Positions 1-10,158 of a stretch of DNA of 64,000 nt are shown one piece after another (the first letter of the stretch is position 1; every line of letters starts with the position of its first letter). Under the pieces are notes generated by a model, which saw only the letters and a program-made list of their open reading frames with translations, searched no databases and was not told where the DNA came from. This DNA comes from a virus (lineage: Duplodnaviria > Caudoviricetes), in IMG/VR virus record IMGVR_UViG_3300049581_000247, positions 7,815 to 71,814 of that record; one strand, written 5' to 3'. Both the position numbers and the translations under genes were made by a program.

Positions 1-3000
1 GAGCGCCTTCAGCTCGTTAACGACCGAGGAGAGGTTCTGCGCAAAGATGCCGGTCGTCAGCCCGTTGCGGCCAAATGCCCCGTTCATCGCCATCTGATAG
101 AGGAGTGTCCGGTTGCTGCCGGCGTCGTAGATGGCGTACTTCACGAACTCGGGGGGGAGGTCATCGGCTTGGCGGGTGTCCATGATCTGGCGCGGGAGGA
201 CCTCGATCCCGGAGTTCTGGGACTTCTGCCGCTCGTTGATGATCGAAGTGACCTTGTGGTAGAAGCCATTGAAAGCGCCAAGGGTCGACTTCATGTAGGC
301 CGCCTCGGTCGCTGGGTTGCCGCCTTCGAGGGTGTTGAGCGTCTTGGCGAAGGCCACCATGTCGCCGCCCGACTTTTCGTAGGCCTCCCGCACGTTCGCG
401 AGGTTGGCCATGCGGACCAGCCCATTGCCCTGGTCAACCGACTTGATGTACTGACGGTTGCTGTAGATCAGCGGCTCGACGAAGTTCTTGATGATCGTCG
501 GGGTGAACAGCGCCTTCACGCCATTGCTGAACGTGAGCGGGTCGTTCTTGGACAGAGTGTCGGCATCGGCGAAGATGTCGGTCTTGGCTGTGTTGGACCA
601 GACTGGACGCATTTCCTGGTGGACGCGCTCGAGTTGCTCCGAGATGGAGCGGCGTCCCGTGATGCTGCCCTGACGGATCAGCGTCCGCTGGAGATTCTCC
701 CTGATTACGGGGTCGGACACCTTAAGCCCGATGTCGTTGAAAATCTCCTTAATCAGGGCCTCGTTCTCGCGCGTCTTTCGCATCAACTCACGGAAGGCCG
801 ATTCGGCATGGGGAGGCACGGGCCGCTTGGCGATCTTGGCCATCGCATTCAGGATGGCGGAGGACGGGTCCTTGACGCCGTCCGGGATGTCTTCGGCGAA
901 GGCGAGAATCGTGTTCCAGTAGTTGCGGCGGAAGTCGGCGTCGGCGCCCTTCCAGCCGATGGCCTTCTTGAAGGCCTGGTAGGCAACGGACCACTGACCG
1001 CCGGAGATATTGAGCTTGTTGCCCCACTTCAGCATGTGGCCCTCGAACTCGTCGAAGCGGCCAGCCAGGTACTTGGCGTTCGGGGTGCCAATCGCGCGGA
1101 GGGAATTCCGCATCGAGTCGAAGAACATGTTCCGGAATCGGAACGTGTTAGCCGTGTAGGCCGGGTCCGTGGAGATCGTGCTCATCTTGAGCAGCTGGGA
1201 CTCGAGCTGGCCGTAGATGGCGCCCTGGTCGCGGTTGGCGGGATTGTCTAGCCATGCCTTGATCTTCAGCTGGTTGTTTAGGAATTCGCGCTTGGCCGGG
1301 GTGTCGAAGGCGAGGCCCGCCGGAATCTTCGCGCGGCTGCTCTCGACGGCTGCCGCATCGGCATCGGGCGTGGGCGGGACGAGATACTCGGCCCCCGGAG
1401 CGGGCGTCCAGAGGTAGGACGCACCCATCTTGCCCTCGAGCCGGGCGACTTGGTCATCCAGCCCGACATCCTTGAGGATTATCGTGCGCTCCAGCATCGG
1501 AATGAGCGAGTTGAGCTTGTCCAGCTCGCGCTTCTCGGCGGCCGTCAGGTTGTCGCTCCTGGAGTCAAGCTCCTGCTGGCGCTCGATCGAGTTGGCCAGG
1601 CGACGATTCACCATCGCCCGGACTTCGTTCAGCTTGATGAGGCTGTTGCGGATGGCCTTCTGCTGGCCGGATGATCCGTCTGGTGACGACGGCAGGGAGG
1701 CGACTGTCGCCATGGGGTCGAAATTAATCGGCAGATTGTCGTCAGCCGACCTAGCGCCGGACAATTCCTGCTGGATGGCATCACGCTTGATCTTCGGGTT
1801 CTTGCTCTCGGAGAGCTGGAGGAACTTGCCGAGGAAGTCGTCGAATGAAGTTCCGACGGGAAGAAACCGCTGCACGTCAGGATGCTTGAAGATATTCTGG
1901 TAGGTTTCCTCCTCGGAATTGACGGAGGCGAACTGGGTGTTGGCCTCGATGGTGGCGCCTTCCGCCGTCAGGGCTTCACTGGCCCGCTGGGTGTAGCGGA
2001 TATTATTCGTGGGCGTGAACGTGCGGTTGTAGATCGACTTGACTTGATTGGAGTCGAACGCGATCCACGCATCCGCCCCGCCCATGCCTTCGTGCGTGTT
2101 GACGTAAACCAGTCCGTCGACGCCCTTGCTCTTGAGGAGTGAAACCAGCTGAGCCCTCCCTTGGTCGCGTCCGTTCGGATCGAAGTTGGAGACCTCGTCC
2201 TGGGTCAGAATGCCCTTCTCGAAGAGCTCGGCCGCGATCTGATCCGCCGGCCAGTACCCGTAGTCGCGCACACGCACCGGGTTCTTGATGTCGAGGAAGA
2301 CGGGGTAGAGGCGGGCATTGTCGTCCCATTTCATCTCCGTTTTGACGCCCCGCGTGACCTTGTACTTGAAGATCACGTCCTCGGCTTGATCCGCGCTGCC
2401 GAAGTGGTGGCCGAGATGGCGGAATCGGTCGAACACTTCAAAGTCGCTGTCGGACGTGGTGCCATGGTACTGCACCGCCGGCTCTCCCGTCTCCGGGTCG
2501 ATGACCTTGGTGGAGTTCGCCGGATCATTCATCCAGTCGCCGAAGGCCTGCTTGAAAATGTCGGTCCGGACCATGCGGTAAACCCCCTCGGGGAGTTTTG
2601 AGACTCGGCCGTTGGGAGCGAGAAGCTGGCCCTGATCGTTGCGCTGCACGATGGCCCCGTCCATCTGGCGCTTCGACTCCTGCATCAGGGCAAGCTGCTG
2701 GTCTCTCGTGAGTTTCTCGAACGGCACATCGGCCGCAATCTCGGAGAGCGTGTGCGTCTCGGGTGCGGCAGTGAGAAGCGCATCATATTTCCCCTCCTGG
2801 ATGCCTTGGACGATCCGGCGCACCTGATCTCGCGTTGCCCGCACATCGTCTGTCACGAGGCCGTCAACCCTGGCGTAACCCGTGATCGGGTCGTACCAGA
2901 TGCTCGAAAGGTTGTCGCCCTCGATGTTGTCGTAAACCGGGATGCGCTCCTGGAGCGAGGCGGGGGCGCCGATCCACTGGCTGAGTTTGAGCGCGATGGC

Positions 3001-6000
3001 GCTGTTGCTGGCGGCGAAGTCACGATTCAACCACTGGAGAAACCGATTTTGGACGTAGGCGTTGACGAGCTCGGGGTTGACTGCATCGGGGCCTTTGAGG
3101 GCTTTCTGGAGCGAGATGCCGATCCGGTAGCCAATGTCCTTGATGAAGCGAATGAGCTGGGTGAAGAAGTCTCGGCTCTGTTCCTCGCTAACCCCGAAGA
3201 GGGCGAGATGCTCCGTCGCCTGCTCGACCGCCAGCTCCTCGGGCGAAATGGCGCGCGCCGCCTTGATCTCATCCGGGGTGGAGTGGATCAGCACATTGCG
3301 CTGGGCATCCGAGAGATATTCCGGGTTTGCGTTGGCAATGACACGCAGGTCATTCGAAAGGGGATTATTCAGATACATCCGATCCGTCCATGGCAGCTGG
3401 GCAACTGCCGACTGGTACAGCGAGTAATCATCCTGACTGATGTTGCTGTTCTCGAGGAAGACGTGAGCGGCCTCGTGGGCGGCCTTGATGAGTTCGGATT
3501 GACCTGGCTTGCCCTGCATCCAGTCGCCAACGATGCCAATCATCACGCGACCAGATTCATCCGAAACCGTCTTGAAGCCGTACCCCTTGCGAATGGCATC
3601 CCACTGTGATGCGATATCCCGCTGGACCAGCACCACGTCCGCTCCAGATGCCCTCACGGCATCGAAAAAGTTACCGATGGCGATATGCGAATCGGTGGCG
3701 GTCGCGACGTACCCATTGTCGGCTCGCTTGGTCAGCGCGATGGACTGGCCGCCCTGGGCGGCAACCTGCCTAGCCACGGCCTTGGCTGCGTCGGAAACGA
3801 GCGCATCGGCTGCCGGGTCGATGTCGGTCAGGCTGAGTCCGAGCACGCGGCGAGCCTGCGGGTTATTCAGGATAACCCTCTTCGCGGCCTCGATGACCCG
3901 CTCGGTTGATGCCCCTTCCTTCAGGAGCGCCCTGACTTCGGATAATGCCGACTGGACGGTCTCGCTGTAGCGCGGCGTGCGGCCGCCCATGAGCTTCGCC
4001 CCTGGGATAGGGGCGCCGCCCTCTTCGTTCTGTATCGCGATATCGGCAGGGCTCTCCAGGGTGACACCCTCGGGGCTGCTTTCGGCGGCAACCAGCTTGA
4101 CCTTGGCGGGCTTCTCGAAGCGAGTCCCCGGGATGGCGTCGTTGGCTTCGACCAACTTCTTGTATTCGGCGGGTTTCAGTTTCTTGCGATACGCCTTCAA
4201 TTCCTCGGGGCCGATCTTGGCGCCGGGATTGAAGTATGGGGCCAGCCTGCGCTGGATTATGGAGGATTCCCCTGCGCCGCGATTCTCGTAACGGCCGAAA
4301 GCGCGGACCATCGATGGGTGGGAATTCAGGTCATCGATCGATCCGAGCGTGTAAGAGATATTCGCCCTCGGCTTGTCATAGACGAGGTAGCCGATCGGCT
4401 CGAAACGGGGCAGCCCACGGTAATTCTGGCTGCTGACGAACTCCCACGGGGCGCGCTCGGAGCCGTAGACCGGGTCGATCCGGCGTTCCCCGGTCGCAGC
4501 CCGCGCTTTCGACTGCATCGAATCGATCATCTCGGTTTGGGCTCGCACCCCGCCGCGTTCAGACTGGTCGCGCCGGATGCCCCTCACCAGAATCTGGCCG
4601 TTCGCGCGGTCCTGGATGATGATGGCCTTGCGTGTGGTCGTCGGGAGATCACCCTTCACGTTGAATCCCGTGACGGCATCCTCGACCCGAAATTTCGGCG
4701 CGCCATCCTCTGGACTGAAGACGCGGCCAAACAGGGGGTCGCCACCGGGGATGCGCTGCTTCAGCTTGATTGCATCGGCAAGTGGCACATCCGGTCCTAC
4801 TTCTGCTTCACCTGTTTTGGCAGGCTCTTGGAAGGCTTCCCGTACTTTTTCTTCCACTTCCGGTACAGGTCGGGATGGTTCAGCCTCAGGAACATGGCTT
4901 GATTTTGGCTCTTGAACGGCATTGCTGGCTTCCTCCTTGGGACGGATGTTGCGTTGCGGGAAAAGATCGGCGGCGACCTCCTCGGGGGTGCGAATTTCAG
5001 CCCAACGCAGCCCTTCGGCGATGCGTGCCTGCGGGGTGAGAACATCGGGGGCGTCAGCCGCATAGGCCTCATTGCCCTCACCAAGGAGCGGCTTGTTGAT
5101 GTCATACCGGCCCGGCAGTGGCTGGGCGCCTTCAAGCGGCGGGATTCCTTCCGCAAACTGGCGTGTCCGCACCGGTTCGGATACATCGAAACCGGAAAGC
5201 CCACGCTCGATATTCCGGCCCCCGGCAAGAGCTGGTGCGGCTCCGCGTGGAGCCAGTCCAACTTCGCGGACAAGGCTGTCAAGGTCGGCATCGTCGGCTT
5301 CGATCTTGGCGTAATAAGCGCGGAGGGCGTTGTCGCGTTCAGCCTGGGATTGCGTGGCCTCGGCTTGGTCGGCCTCGAATCCGGAGATGAGATGCCGGGC
5401 GGCTGCGATCTCCGGCCTATCCTGGGACCGGCTGGCCAAGGCGGAATCAAACTCCTGCATCAGGGCATGCGTCGCCTCGAGGGCGGCATCGGCTGGCGTC
5501 TGCGGGGGTTGCGGAGCCGGGGGAGGTGGAGTGGCGCCATCCGAGGAATCGCCTCCATCCGGTTCGGCAATGTCCTTGGGCTGGGCGTCCGGGCTTTCCT
5601 TAGCCGGGATCAGCCCGCGAGCGCCGCCCATCGCAGCCCCGATAACGCCGCCCATCGCGGCGGCATTCTTGAGCCGACTCTTGATGATGTCATCCGGCAG
5701 CGAATCGCCCGTGGCATATTCCTCTTGAGCGATGTTGACCGCTTCCTGGACGGCCATCAGCGGCGCATCGGTGGCCGTGCTCACGGCCGCGCGGGTTGCA
5801 GCTCCCTTGAGGCCGCCACGGGCAAGCACCGAACCGACCAGAGTTTTCTTGAGCGCTTCCGGGAGATTGAGGAAGGGGACAAGCTCGGCGGCAGCTCCGG
5901 CCACGCCACCAACGACACCGGCCGCCAGGGCCGAGGCGGAACCTTTGCGTGTTTCCTGTTTTTCTCGGCTCAGCTGGCCAAGCGCGCCGCCGGCAGTCAG

Positions 6001-6519
6001 CGGGATGTTCGCCGCCGCCATGGCACCGAGCTTACCAAGGGTCGATTCAACCCCGATGCCGGGGATGAGGGTGACGCCGACCTGGGGGATATTTTCCGTG
6101 ATCTTCGTCGCAGCCCATCGGCCGAGATCGCCAGCGTCGTGGATATCCTCGATTGATGGGACGGATACCTCGCCGCGCCGAGCAGCACCTTCTTCTCGCT
6201 CCCGTTCCGCCTGGTCCAGGAGGTACTTTTGAGGGCTGCTTCCTGGAGAAACCGCGCCAACTGCCGCAGCTCCGGCCCGGAAGAGGTCTTCCGGCATGCG
6301 GTCCATCAAGGCAGAGCTGAAGGCCGACCCAAGTTCCGTGCTCAGGTCGGGACGGAGGGCCTTCTTGATTACGCGATACTCCTCGGTGAAGTCGGGGTTC
6401 TGGGCGAAGACGTCCGAGTTATTGCTTTGCTCCAGTTGCTGCCCGATATCCCAAGTGATGGCGGCCGCAGGCCGGTCATCGCCCGTGCGCGCCTTGAGAT
6501 CGTCAATCAGCTTGCTCAT
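1..6519 (-). CDS. Giant virion/ejection polyvalent protein (>2170 aa, 3' end beyond window) with zincin HExxH motif and ART-PolyVal-like domain
   Basis: ATG at 6519 (MSKLIDDLKART); frame spot-checked open at about 4800, 3450, 2540, 2000 and 1. HEAAH at 3463-3477. LLAPNG..YRMVRTDIFKQAFGDW..YHGT..HFG..YPVFLDIKNP..WIAFDSNQVKSI at about 1990-2640. Absent from the ORF track because there is no stop in the window. Confidence 0.85.
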   Translation of the reverse strand, partial: MSKLIDDLKARTGDDRPAAAITWDIGQQLEQSNNSDVFAQNPDFTEEYRVIKKALRPDLSTELGSAFSSALMDRMPEDLFRAGAAAVGAVSPGSSPQKYLLDQAEREREEGAARRGEVSVPSIEDIHDAGDLGRWAATKITENIPQVGVTLIPGIGVESTLGKLGAMAAANIPLTAGGALGQLSREKQETRKGSASALAAGVVGGVAGAAAELVPFLNLPEALKKTLVGSVLARGGLKGAATRAAVSTATDAPLMAVQEAVNIAQEEYATGDSLPDDIIKSRLKNAAAMGGVIGAAMGGARGLIPAKESPDAQPKDIAEPDGGDSSDGATPPPPAPQPPQTPADAALEATHALMQEFDSALASRSQDRPEIAAARHLISGFEADQAEATQSQAERDNALRAYYAKIEADDADLDSLVREVGLAPRGAAPALAGGRNIERGLSGFDVSEPVRTRQFAEGIPPLEGAQPLPGRYDINKPLLGEGNEAYAADAPDVLTPQARIAEGLRWAEIRTPEEVAADLFPQRNIRPKEEASNAVQEPKSSHVPEAEPSRPVPEVEEKVREAFQEPAKTGEAEVGPDVPLADAIKLKQRIPGGDPLFGRVFSPEDGAPKFRVEDAVTGFNVKGDLPTTTRKAIIIQDRANGQILVRGIRRDQSERGGVRAQTEMIDSMQSKARAATGERRIDPVYGSERAPWEFVSSQNYRGLPRFEPIGYLVYDKPRANISYTLGSIDDLNSHPSMVRAFGRYENRGAGESSIIQRRLAPYFNPGAKIGPEELKAYRKKLKPAEYKKLVEANDAIPGTRFEKPAKVKLVAAESSPEGVTLESPADIAIQNEEGGAPIPGAKLMGGRTPRYSETVQSALSEVRALLKEGASTERVIEAAKRVILNNPQARRVLGLSLTDIDPAADALVSDAAKAVARQVAAQGGQSIALTKRADNGYVATATDSHIAIGNFFDAVRASGADVVLVQRDIASQWDAIRKGYGFKTVSDESGRVMIGIVGDWMQGKPGQSELIKAAHEAAHVFLENSNISQDDYSLYQSAVAQLPWTDRMYLNNPLSNDLRVIANANPEYLSDAQRNVLIHSTPDEIKAARAISPEELAVEQATEHLALFGVSEEQSRDFFTQLIRFIKDIGYRIGISLQKALKGPDAVNPELVNAYVQNRFLQWLNRDFAASNSAIALKLSQWIGAPASLQERIPVYDNIEGDNLSSIWYDPITGYARVDGLVTDDVRATRDQVRRIVQGIQEGKYDALLTAAPETHTLSEIAADVPFEKLTRDQQLALMQESKRQMDGAIVQRNDQGQLLAPNGRVSKLPEGVYRMVRTDIFKQAFGDWMNDPANSTKVIDPETGEPAVQYHGTTSDSDFEVFDRFRHLGHHFGSADQAEDVIFKYKVTRGVKTEMKWDDNARLYPVFLDIKNPVRVRDYGYWPADQIAAELFEKGILTQDEVSNFDPNGRDQGRAQLVSLLKSKGVDGLVYVNTHEGMGGADAWIAFDSNQVKSIYNRTFTPTNNIRYTQRASEALTAEGATIEANTQFASVNSEEETYQNIFKHPDVQRFLPVGTSFDDFLGKFLQLSESKNPKIKRDAIQQELSGARSADDNLPINFDPMATVASLPSSPDGSSGQQKAIRNSLIKLNEVRAMVNRRLANSIERQQELDSRSDNLTAAEKRELDKLNSLIPMLERTIILKDVGLDDQVARLEGKMGASYLWTPAPGAEYLVPPTPDADAAAVESSRAKIPAGLAFDTPAKREFLNNQLKIKAWLDNPANRDQGAIYGQLESQLLKMSTISTDPAYTANTFRFRNMFFDSMRNSLRAIGTPNAKYLAGRFDEFEGHMLKWGNKLNISGGQWSVAYQAFKKAIGWKGADADFRRNYWNTILAFAEDIPDGVKDPSSAILNAMAKIAKRPVPPHAESAFRELMRKTRENEALIKEIFNDIGLKVSDPVIRENLQRTLIRQGSITGRRSISEQLERVHQEMRPVWSNTAKTDIFADADTLSKNDPLTFSNGVKALFTPTIIKNFVEPLIYSNRQYIKSVDQGNGLVRMANLANVREAYEKSGGDMVAFAKTLNTLEGGNPATEAAYMKSTLGAFNGFYHKVTSIINERQKSQNSGIEVLPRQIMDTRQADDLPPEFVKYAIYDAGSNRTLLYQMAMNGAFGRNGLTTGIFAQNLSSVVNELKAL

Positions 6520-6558
6520 TGGACCCTGTAAATACCCCGGGTCCAGCCCCGTCAAGCG

Positions 6559-8103
6559 TTAGTACGCAGGCGGTAGCATTCCGTAGGGCAATGCGGCCGG
6601 CGCGGTGGTTGGAATCGGCGTCGCTCCGGCTCCAATGATGGCGCGCCTGATGTCGTCCGGAAGCTGCTGCTGGCGCTGGGCTGCGATCTGGGCCGCGCGC
6701 TGGAGCAAGGCAATCCGGAGCGGGCTTTGCGGATCGTCGGCTGGGAGCGCACGAACCCGGTCATAGTAGATACTGGTCGGCAGGAGATAACTCGGATCGC
6801 CGGGTGATGCGCCGCCACGCATTGCCGTCGGATCGCTCATGAACGGGCTGCGGAGGGTATAAAAGAGCGCACGGGCCTTATCGGCAAGATAGTCGGTGTT
6901 GCGCGACTGACGGCTTCCCGGCGTGCTTAAAACACCGCCGGTTCTTGGATTCAAAACGGGGGGCGGCGTGGCTTGCTGCATCGTCCCCATATTCAGATTG
7001 AACAGCACATTGGGATCGACGGCTGGCGATGCATCTTGGGCTGGGGCTGGGACGGTTGCCGCCGGCGGCAACGGAGCGACGGAGGCCGACGGTTTCGGGC
7101 TAAGAATATCCTGGAGTGTGGCTCGACGCGGCTGTGTGGGTTTACCCTGGGTAGCATCATCCTCGGTATCCACCCCAAGGGCATAAAGCGCCAGGCGGGG
7201 ATTCTTGAAGTTGGCCACCGCATCCTCAAGCGACTTGCGCCTTCCTTGGAGGCTCTGCAATTCCCTGTCCTTCATCTGCCGCTCTGACACGAGGCCGCTC
7301 AGGCCTTGCGACACGGCGCCAAGGAACTTCTGGTAATCGGCCGGGGCAGTTGTCTTGAGTTTGTCAATGGCGGCCGCCGGGTCTTTCAATGCGCCGAGCG
7401 CCTTGTTGTAAGCATTCCGGCCCTCCTTCGACATCGTCTCGATTGCCGCAGCCTGGGCGGCTGCAATCTCGTCGCCGGTCGGCGTCGACTTGTTGGCGAT
7501 CTGGGCGTCAATCTTCCCGAGGAGGCTGCGAATCGAATTCGCGGCAGCCTTGTCCTGCTTCTCCTCGGCGGCTCCGGTCAGCTTGATGATGTTCTCTGCT
7601 CGCTCACGCGGGGTCTTGCCGAGTTCAGAGAGCTTCTTTGCGTCGCCACCGGCAATCGTGAGGTAGCGCTGATACAGTTTGGCCTCGGCGTCGCCGATGA
7701 CCGCCTCCTGGTCCAGTTTGCCCACAACCTGCTGGAGGTTGTTGTACTGCTCCTTCTCATCCTTCCCGAACGTGGCAAGCGGTTTGGCTTCCTCCGGGTT
7801 GAGGGCGGTGTACTTGCCGTAAAGCTGGCGAAGCGCAGCGGAGAGCTGACGGGCTTCCGTTGCGTCGGCCAGTGCAATGGCCCTATCGGTCCCCTCAGAG
7901 GCGATTTCTCGTTGGTTAGTCATCTGCTCGCGGGCGATCCCGAGCTGGAAGGCGCGCTGGGCATCCTGCTGGGCCTGCTCCTGGCGCTGTTTCCAGAACA
8001 TGAGCGCAAGCTGTCGCCGAGAGTCCATGGACTCCCGGAGTGGCTGCACGCCGTTGTTAAACAATCCGAGCGTGAATTGGGCGTTCTGGATGGGGTCGGC
8101 CAT
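6559..8103 (-). CDS. Putative internal virion/ejection protein (514 aa)
   Basis: Ala/Gln/Lys-rich helical protein between the pilot-like gene and the giant protein; position typical of podovirus ejection genes. Confidence 0.6.
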   Translation of the reverse strand: MADPIQNAQFTLGLFNNGVQPLRESMDSRRQLALMFWKQRQEQAQQDAQRAFQLGIAREQMTNQREIASEGTDRAIALADATEARQLSAALRQLYGKYTALNPEEAKPLATFGKDEKEQYNNLQQVVGKLDQEAVIGDAEAKLYQRYLTIAGGDAKKLSELGKTPRERAENIIKLTGAAEEKQDKAAANSIRSLLGKIDAQIANKSTPTGDEIAAAQAAAIETMSKEGRNAYNKALGALKDPAAAIDKLKTTAPADYQKFLGAVSQGLSGLVSERQMKDRELQSLQGRRKSLEDAVANFKNPRLALYALGVDTEDDATQGKPTQPRRATLQDILSPKPSASVAPLPPAATVPAPAQDASPAVDPNVLFNLNMGTMQQATPPPVLNPRTGGVLSTPGSRQSRNTDYLADKARALFYTLRSPFMSDPTAMRGGASPGDPSYLLPTSIYYDRVRALPADDPQSPLRIALLQRAAQIAAQRQQQLPDDIRRAIIGAGATPIPTTAPAALPYGMLPPAY

Positions 8104-8107
8104 GATC

Positions 8108-9637
8108 TTAAAGTCCAGCTAGGGAATTAGTCAGGCCGCCACCACCAGGATCACCGCCGGCCCCGACATAGGTTGTTGCGGTGCCGTAATTCGATTGCGG
8201 CCTCAGCGCATTCAACCAGGCCTGGGTCGTGTAGTAATCGGTGATGCCGGAGCCGATGCCGCTAATGGCGCTGCCTGCGATCTGGCCGCCGTTGATCGTT
8301 GGCTGAACCTGAGGTGTGATAACGCCGGGTGTCGCCGGCTGACCCTGTTTGAAGAAGCCGAGGGCCTGGAGGAGCGCATTGATATTGGCGTAGGGCGCAG
8401 CCGCCTGGGACTGGACGGTCGAGTTGTAGGTCGCGACCGGCTGATTGAGATTGGCGATCTGCCGGGCGATGTCGTTGGAGATGAGCGAGGCGTTGTCGGT
8501 CTGGCGCGCGAGATTGGCCTGCGCCACTTGGCTGGCGGCATCGGCGTCGAGGATGCCAGCCAACCGGCGGGCATTCTCGTCGTTATACTGGAGGCGGGCC
8601 TGGGCAGCCTCGTCCTGGGCGGAACCGAGCCTGGTGGCTTGATTGATCCCGGCCTGGGCGCGGGCGCCGCCGGCCTGCTGATAACCCGAGGCAAGGATGC
8701 GGGCGCGCGTGATGGCGTCTCCCGATCCGGCGCCGACGTAACCCTGCCTGGCTCGGGCCGCCAGCTGTTGGTTGAGCTGGGCCGCCGTCGCCTGCTTGAC
8801 CGCATTCTCGTAGGTGTCGGCGCCGAGGAGCTCCTGATCGTAAATATTCTTGATCGAGCCGGTCCGGGTATCGAGGACGTTCTGTACGCCAGTCAGATCG
8901 GTGTTGAGAATATCTCCCGACTTCTGGCGCATCTCCGTGTTGCGCTGGGCGGCAATGGCGGCAAGCGCATCCCGGGCGGCCGCGACCTGGTTCGCGGCGC
9001 CCTGCTCCTGAGTGAGGAAGCCGCCACCGTACACGCCGTTCGTGAGCACGCCGGGGGCGATGTTGAGCAGGCCATTCAGGGTGGCTGTATCGACAGTTGA
9101 TCCGGTGGCGGTATTCCTGGCAGCAACCTCCGAGGCCAGGAAGTCGTTGAATTTGGTCGTGAAGTCCGGGTTTGTGTCGCCCGTCGCGAGGTTCGCCAGG
9201 AACCACTGCTCCGGGGATCGGTTCTCATTCTCCCATCCTGGCTGGGCCTGGATAGCAGCGAGGATATCCGGGTTGGCCTGAAGATACCGGCGAACATCGT
9301 CGATCGTGGCGTTCTGATAGGTATGGGCTGGTCCCGTCTGGCCGGCGATACCGAGAATCTGCTGCAACAGGCCGGATTCGAGCGGCTGGCCGCTGGAGTC
9401 CACGAAATTAAGAGGCAGGAGGGTGTTGACCGAGGAGCCGTTGATTCCGGGAACATTGCCGGGGTTGATGCCTCGCGAAATCAGGTAGCGATTCCACTCG
9501 AGCTGGTTCGCATTATTGGCGATGGCTGCATTGGTCGCGTTGGCCGAGTCCTGGGCATTGCCGGTGGCGCTGGCAGTCAGCGCGCTGCCAGCCAATCCCA
9601 AGCCACCGCCGATAAGCGCTCCAATAATGATAGGCAT
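8108..9637 (-). CDS. Putative DNA pilot/ejection protein (509 aa)
   Basis: Gly-rich hydrophobic N-terminus MPIIIGALIGGGLGLAGSAL; Ala/Gln/Asn-rich body; synteny after the tail genes. Confidence 0.65.
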   Translation of the reverse strand: MPIIIGALIGGGLGLAGSALTASATGNAQDSANATNAAIANNANQLEWNRYLISRGINPGNVPGINGSSVNTLLPLNFVDSSGQPLESGLLQQILGIAGQTGPAHTYQNATIDDVRRYLQANPDILAAIQAQPGWENENRSPEQWFLANLATGDTNPDFTTKFNDFLASEVAARNTATGSTVDTATLNGLLNIAPGVLTNGVYGGGFLTQEQGAANQVAAARDALAAIAAQRNTEMRQKSGDILNTDLTGVQNVLDTRTGSIKNIYDQELLGADTYENAVKQATAAQLNQQLAARARQGYVGAGSGDAITRARILASGYQQAGGARAQAGINQATRLGSAQDEAAQARLQYNDENARRLAGILDADAASQVAQANLARQTDNASLISNDIARQIANLNQPVATYNSTVQSQAAAPYANINALLQALGFFKQGQPATPGVITPQVQPTINGGQIAGSAISGIGSGITDYYTTQAWLNALRPQSNYGTATTYVGAGGDPGGGGLTNSLAGL

Positions 9638-9639
9638 TC

Positions 9640-10158
9640 TTAGAATCTCCCAAGAGCCTTGCTGGCCATCTCCTCAATGTTCAGCAAGTTAAAAATGTTG
9701 AATCTCTCCTGGGACAATTCCGCCCCTACGCAGTGTCGGTAAACCCTCGCAACCGTCTCGTAGTCGTCTAGTTTCGCGAAGTCTATCGCCATGGCATGGG
9801 GCATCGAGCTGCGGAATCTCGCCAGGTTGTGGACCATATATTTCCACCCCCAATCGGTCAGGTCGCCGCCATTCAGGCGCATGAATGACCGGAAATTCTC
9901 CATGGCCGACTTCTCGTCCCGGTCCACGATCACTACTGGCTTATGCGAGTACAGCCTGATGGATAGGTCGGTGAAATAACAGGCCGCCGTGGGGTCCGAC
10001 CAGCCGGCGCTGTCAGTAGCCCCGAAGTAGCTTTCCAGACCGGCTTCGTTCTTAAACTCCACGAGCGCATCATGGTAACACGGGCGTTCGTTGGAGCCGA
10101 GGAGCGCCGCCAACCAGGCGGAGCGAATTCTCGGCAGACCTGTTACGAGATATCTCAT
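9640..10158 (-). CDS. Sulfotransferase-like P-loop protein (172 aa)
   Basis: N-terminal YLVTGLPRIRSAWL resembles the PAPS-binding xGxPRSGT/RT motif; later PVVIVDR strand. Confidence 0.5.
   Translation of the reverse strand: MRYLVTGLPRIRSAWLAALLGSNERPCYHDALVEFKNEAGLESYFGATDSAGWSDPTAACYFTDLSIRLYSHKPVVIVDRDEKSAMENFRSFMRLNGGDLTDWGWKYMVHNLARFRSSMPHAMAIDFAKLDDYETVARVYRHCVGAELSQERFNIFNLLNIEEMASKALGRF

Noticed and set aside
169-6156. Long plus-strand ORFs (169..1251, 2752..3609, 4912..6156 and others)
   Set aside because: Antisense shadows of the giant minus-strand gene; typical of high-GC coding DNA and without motifs
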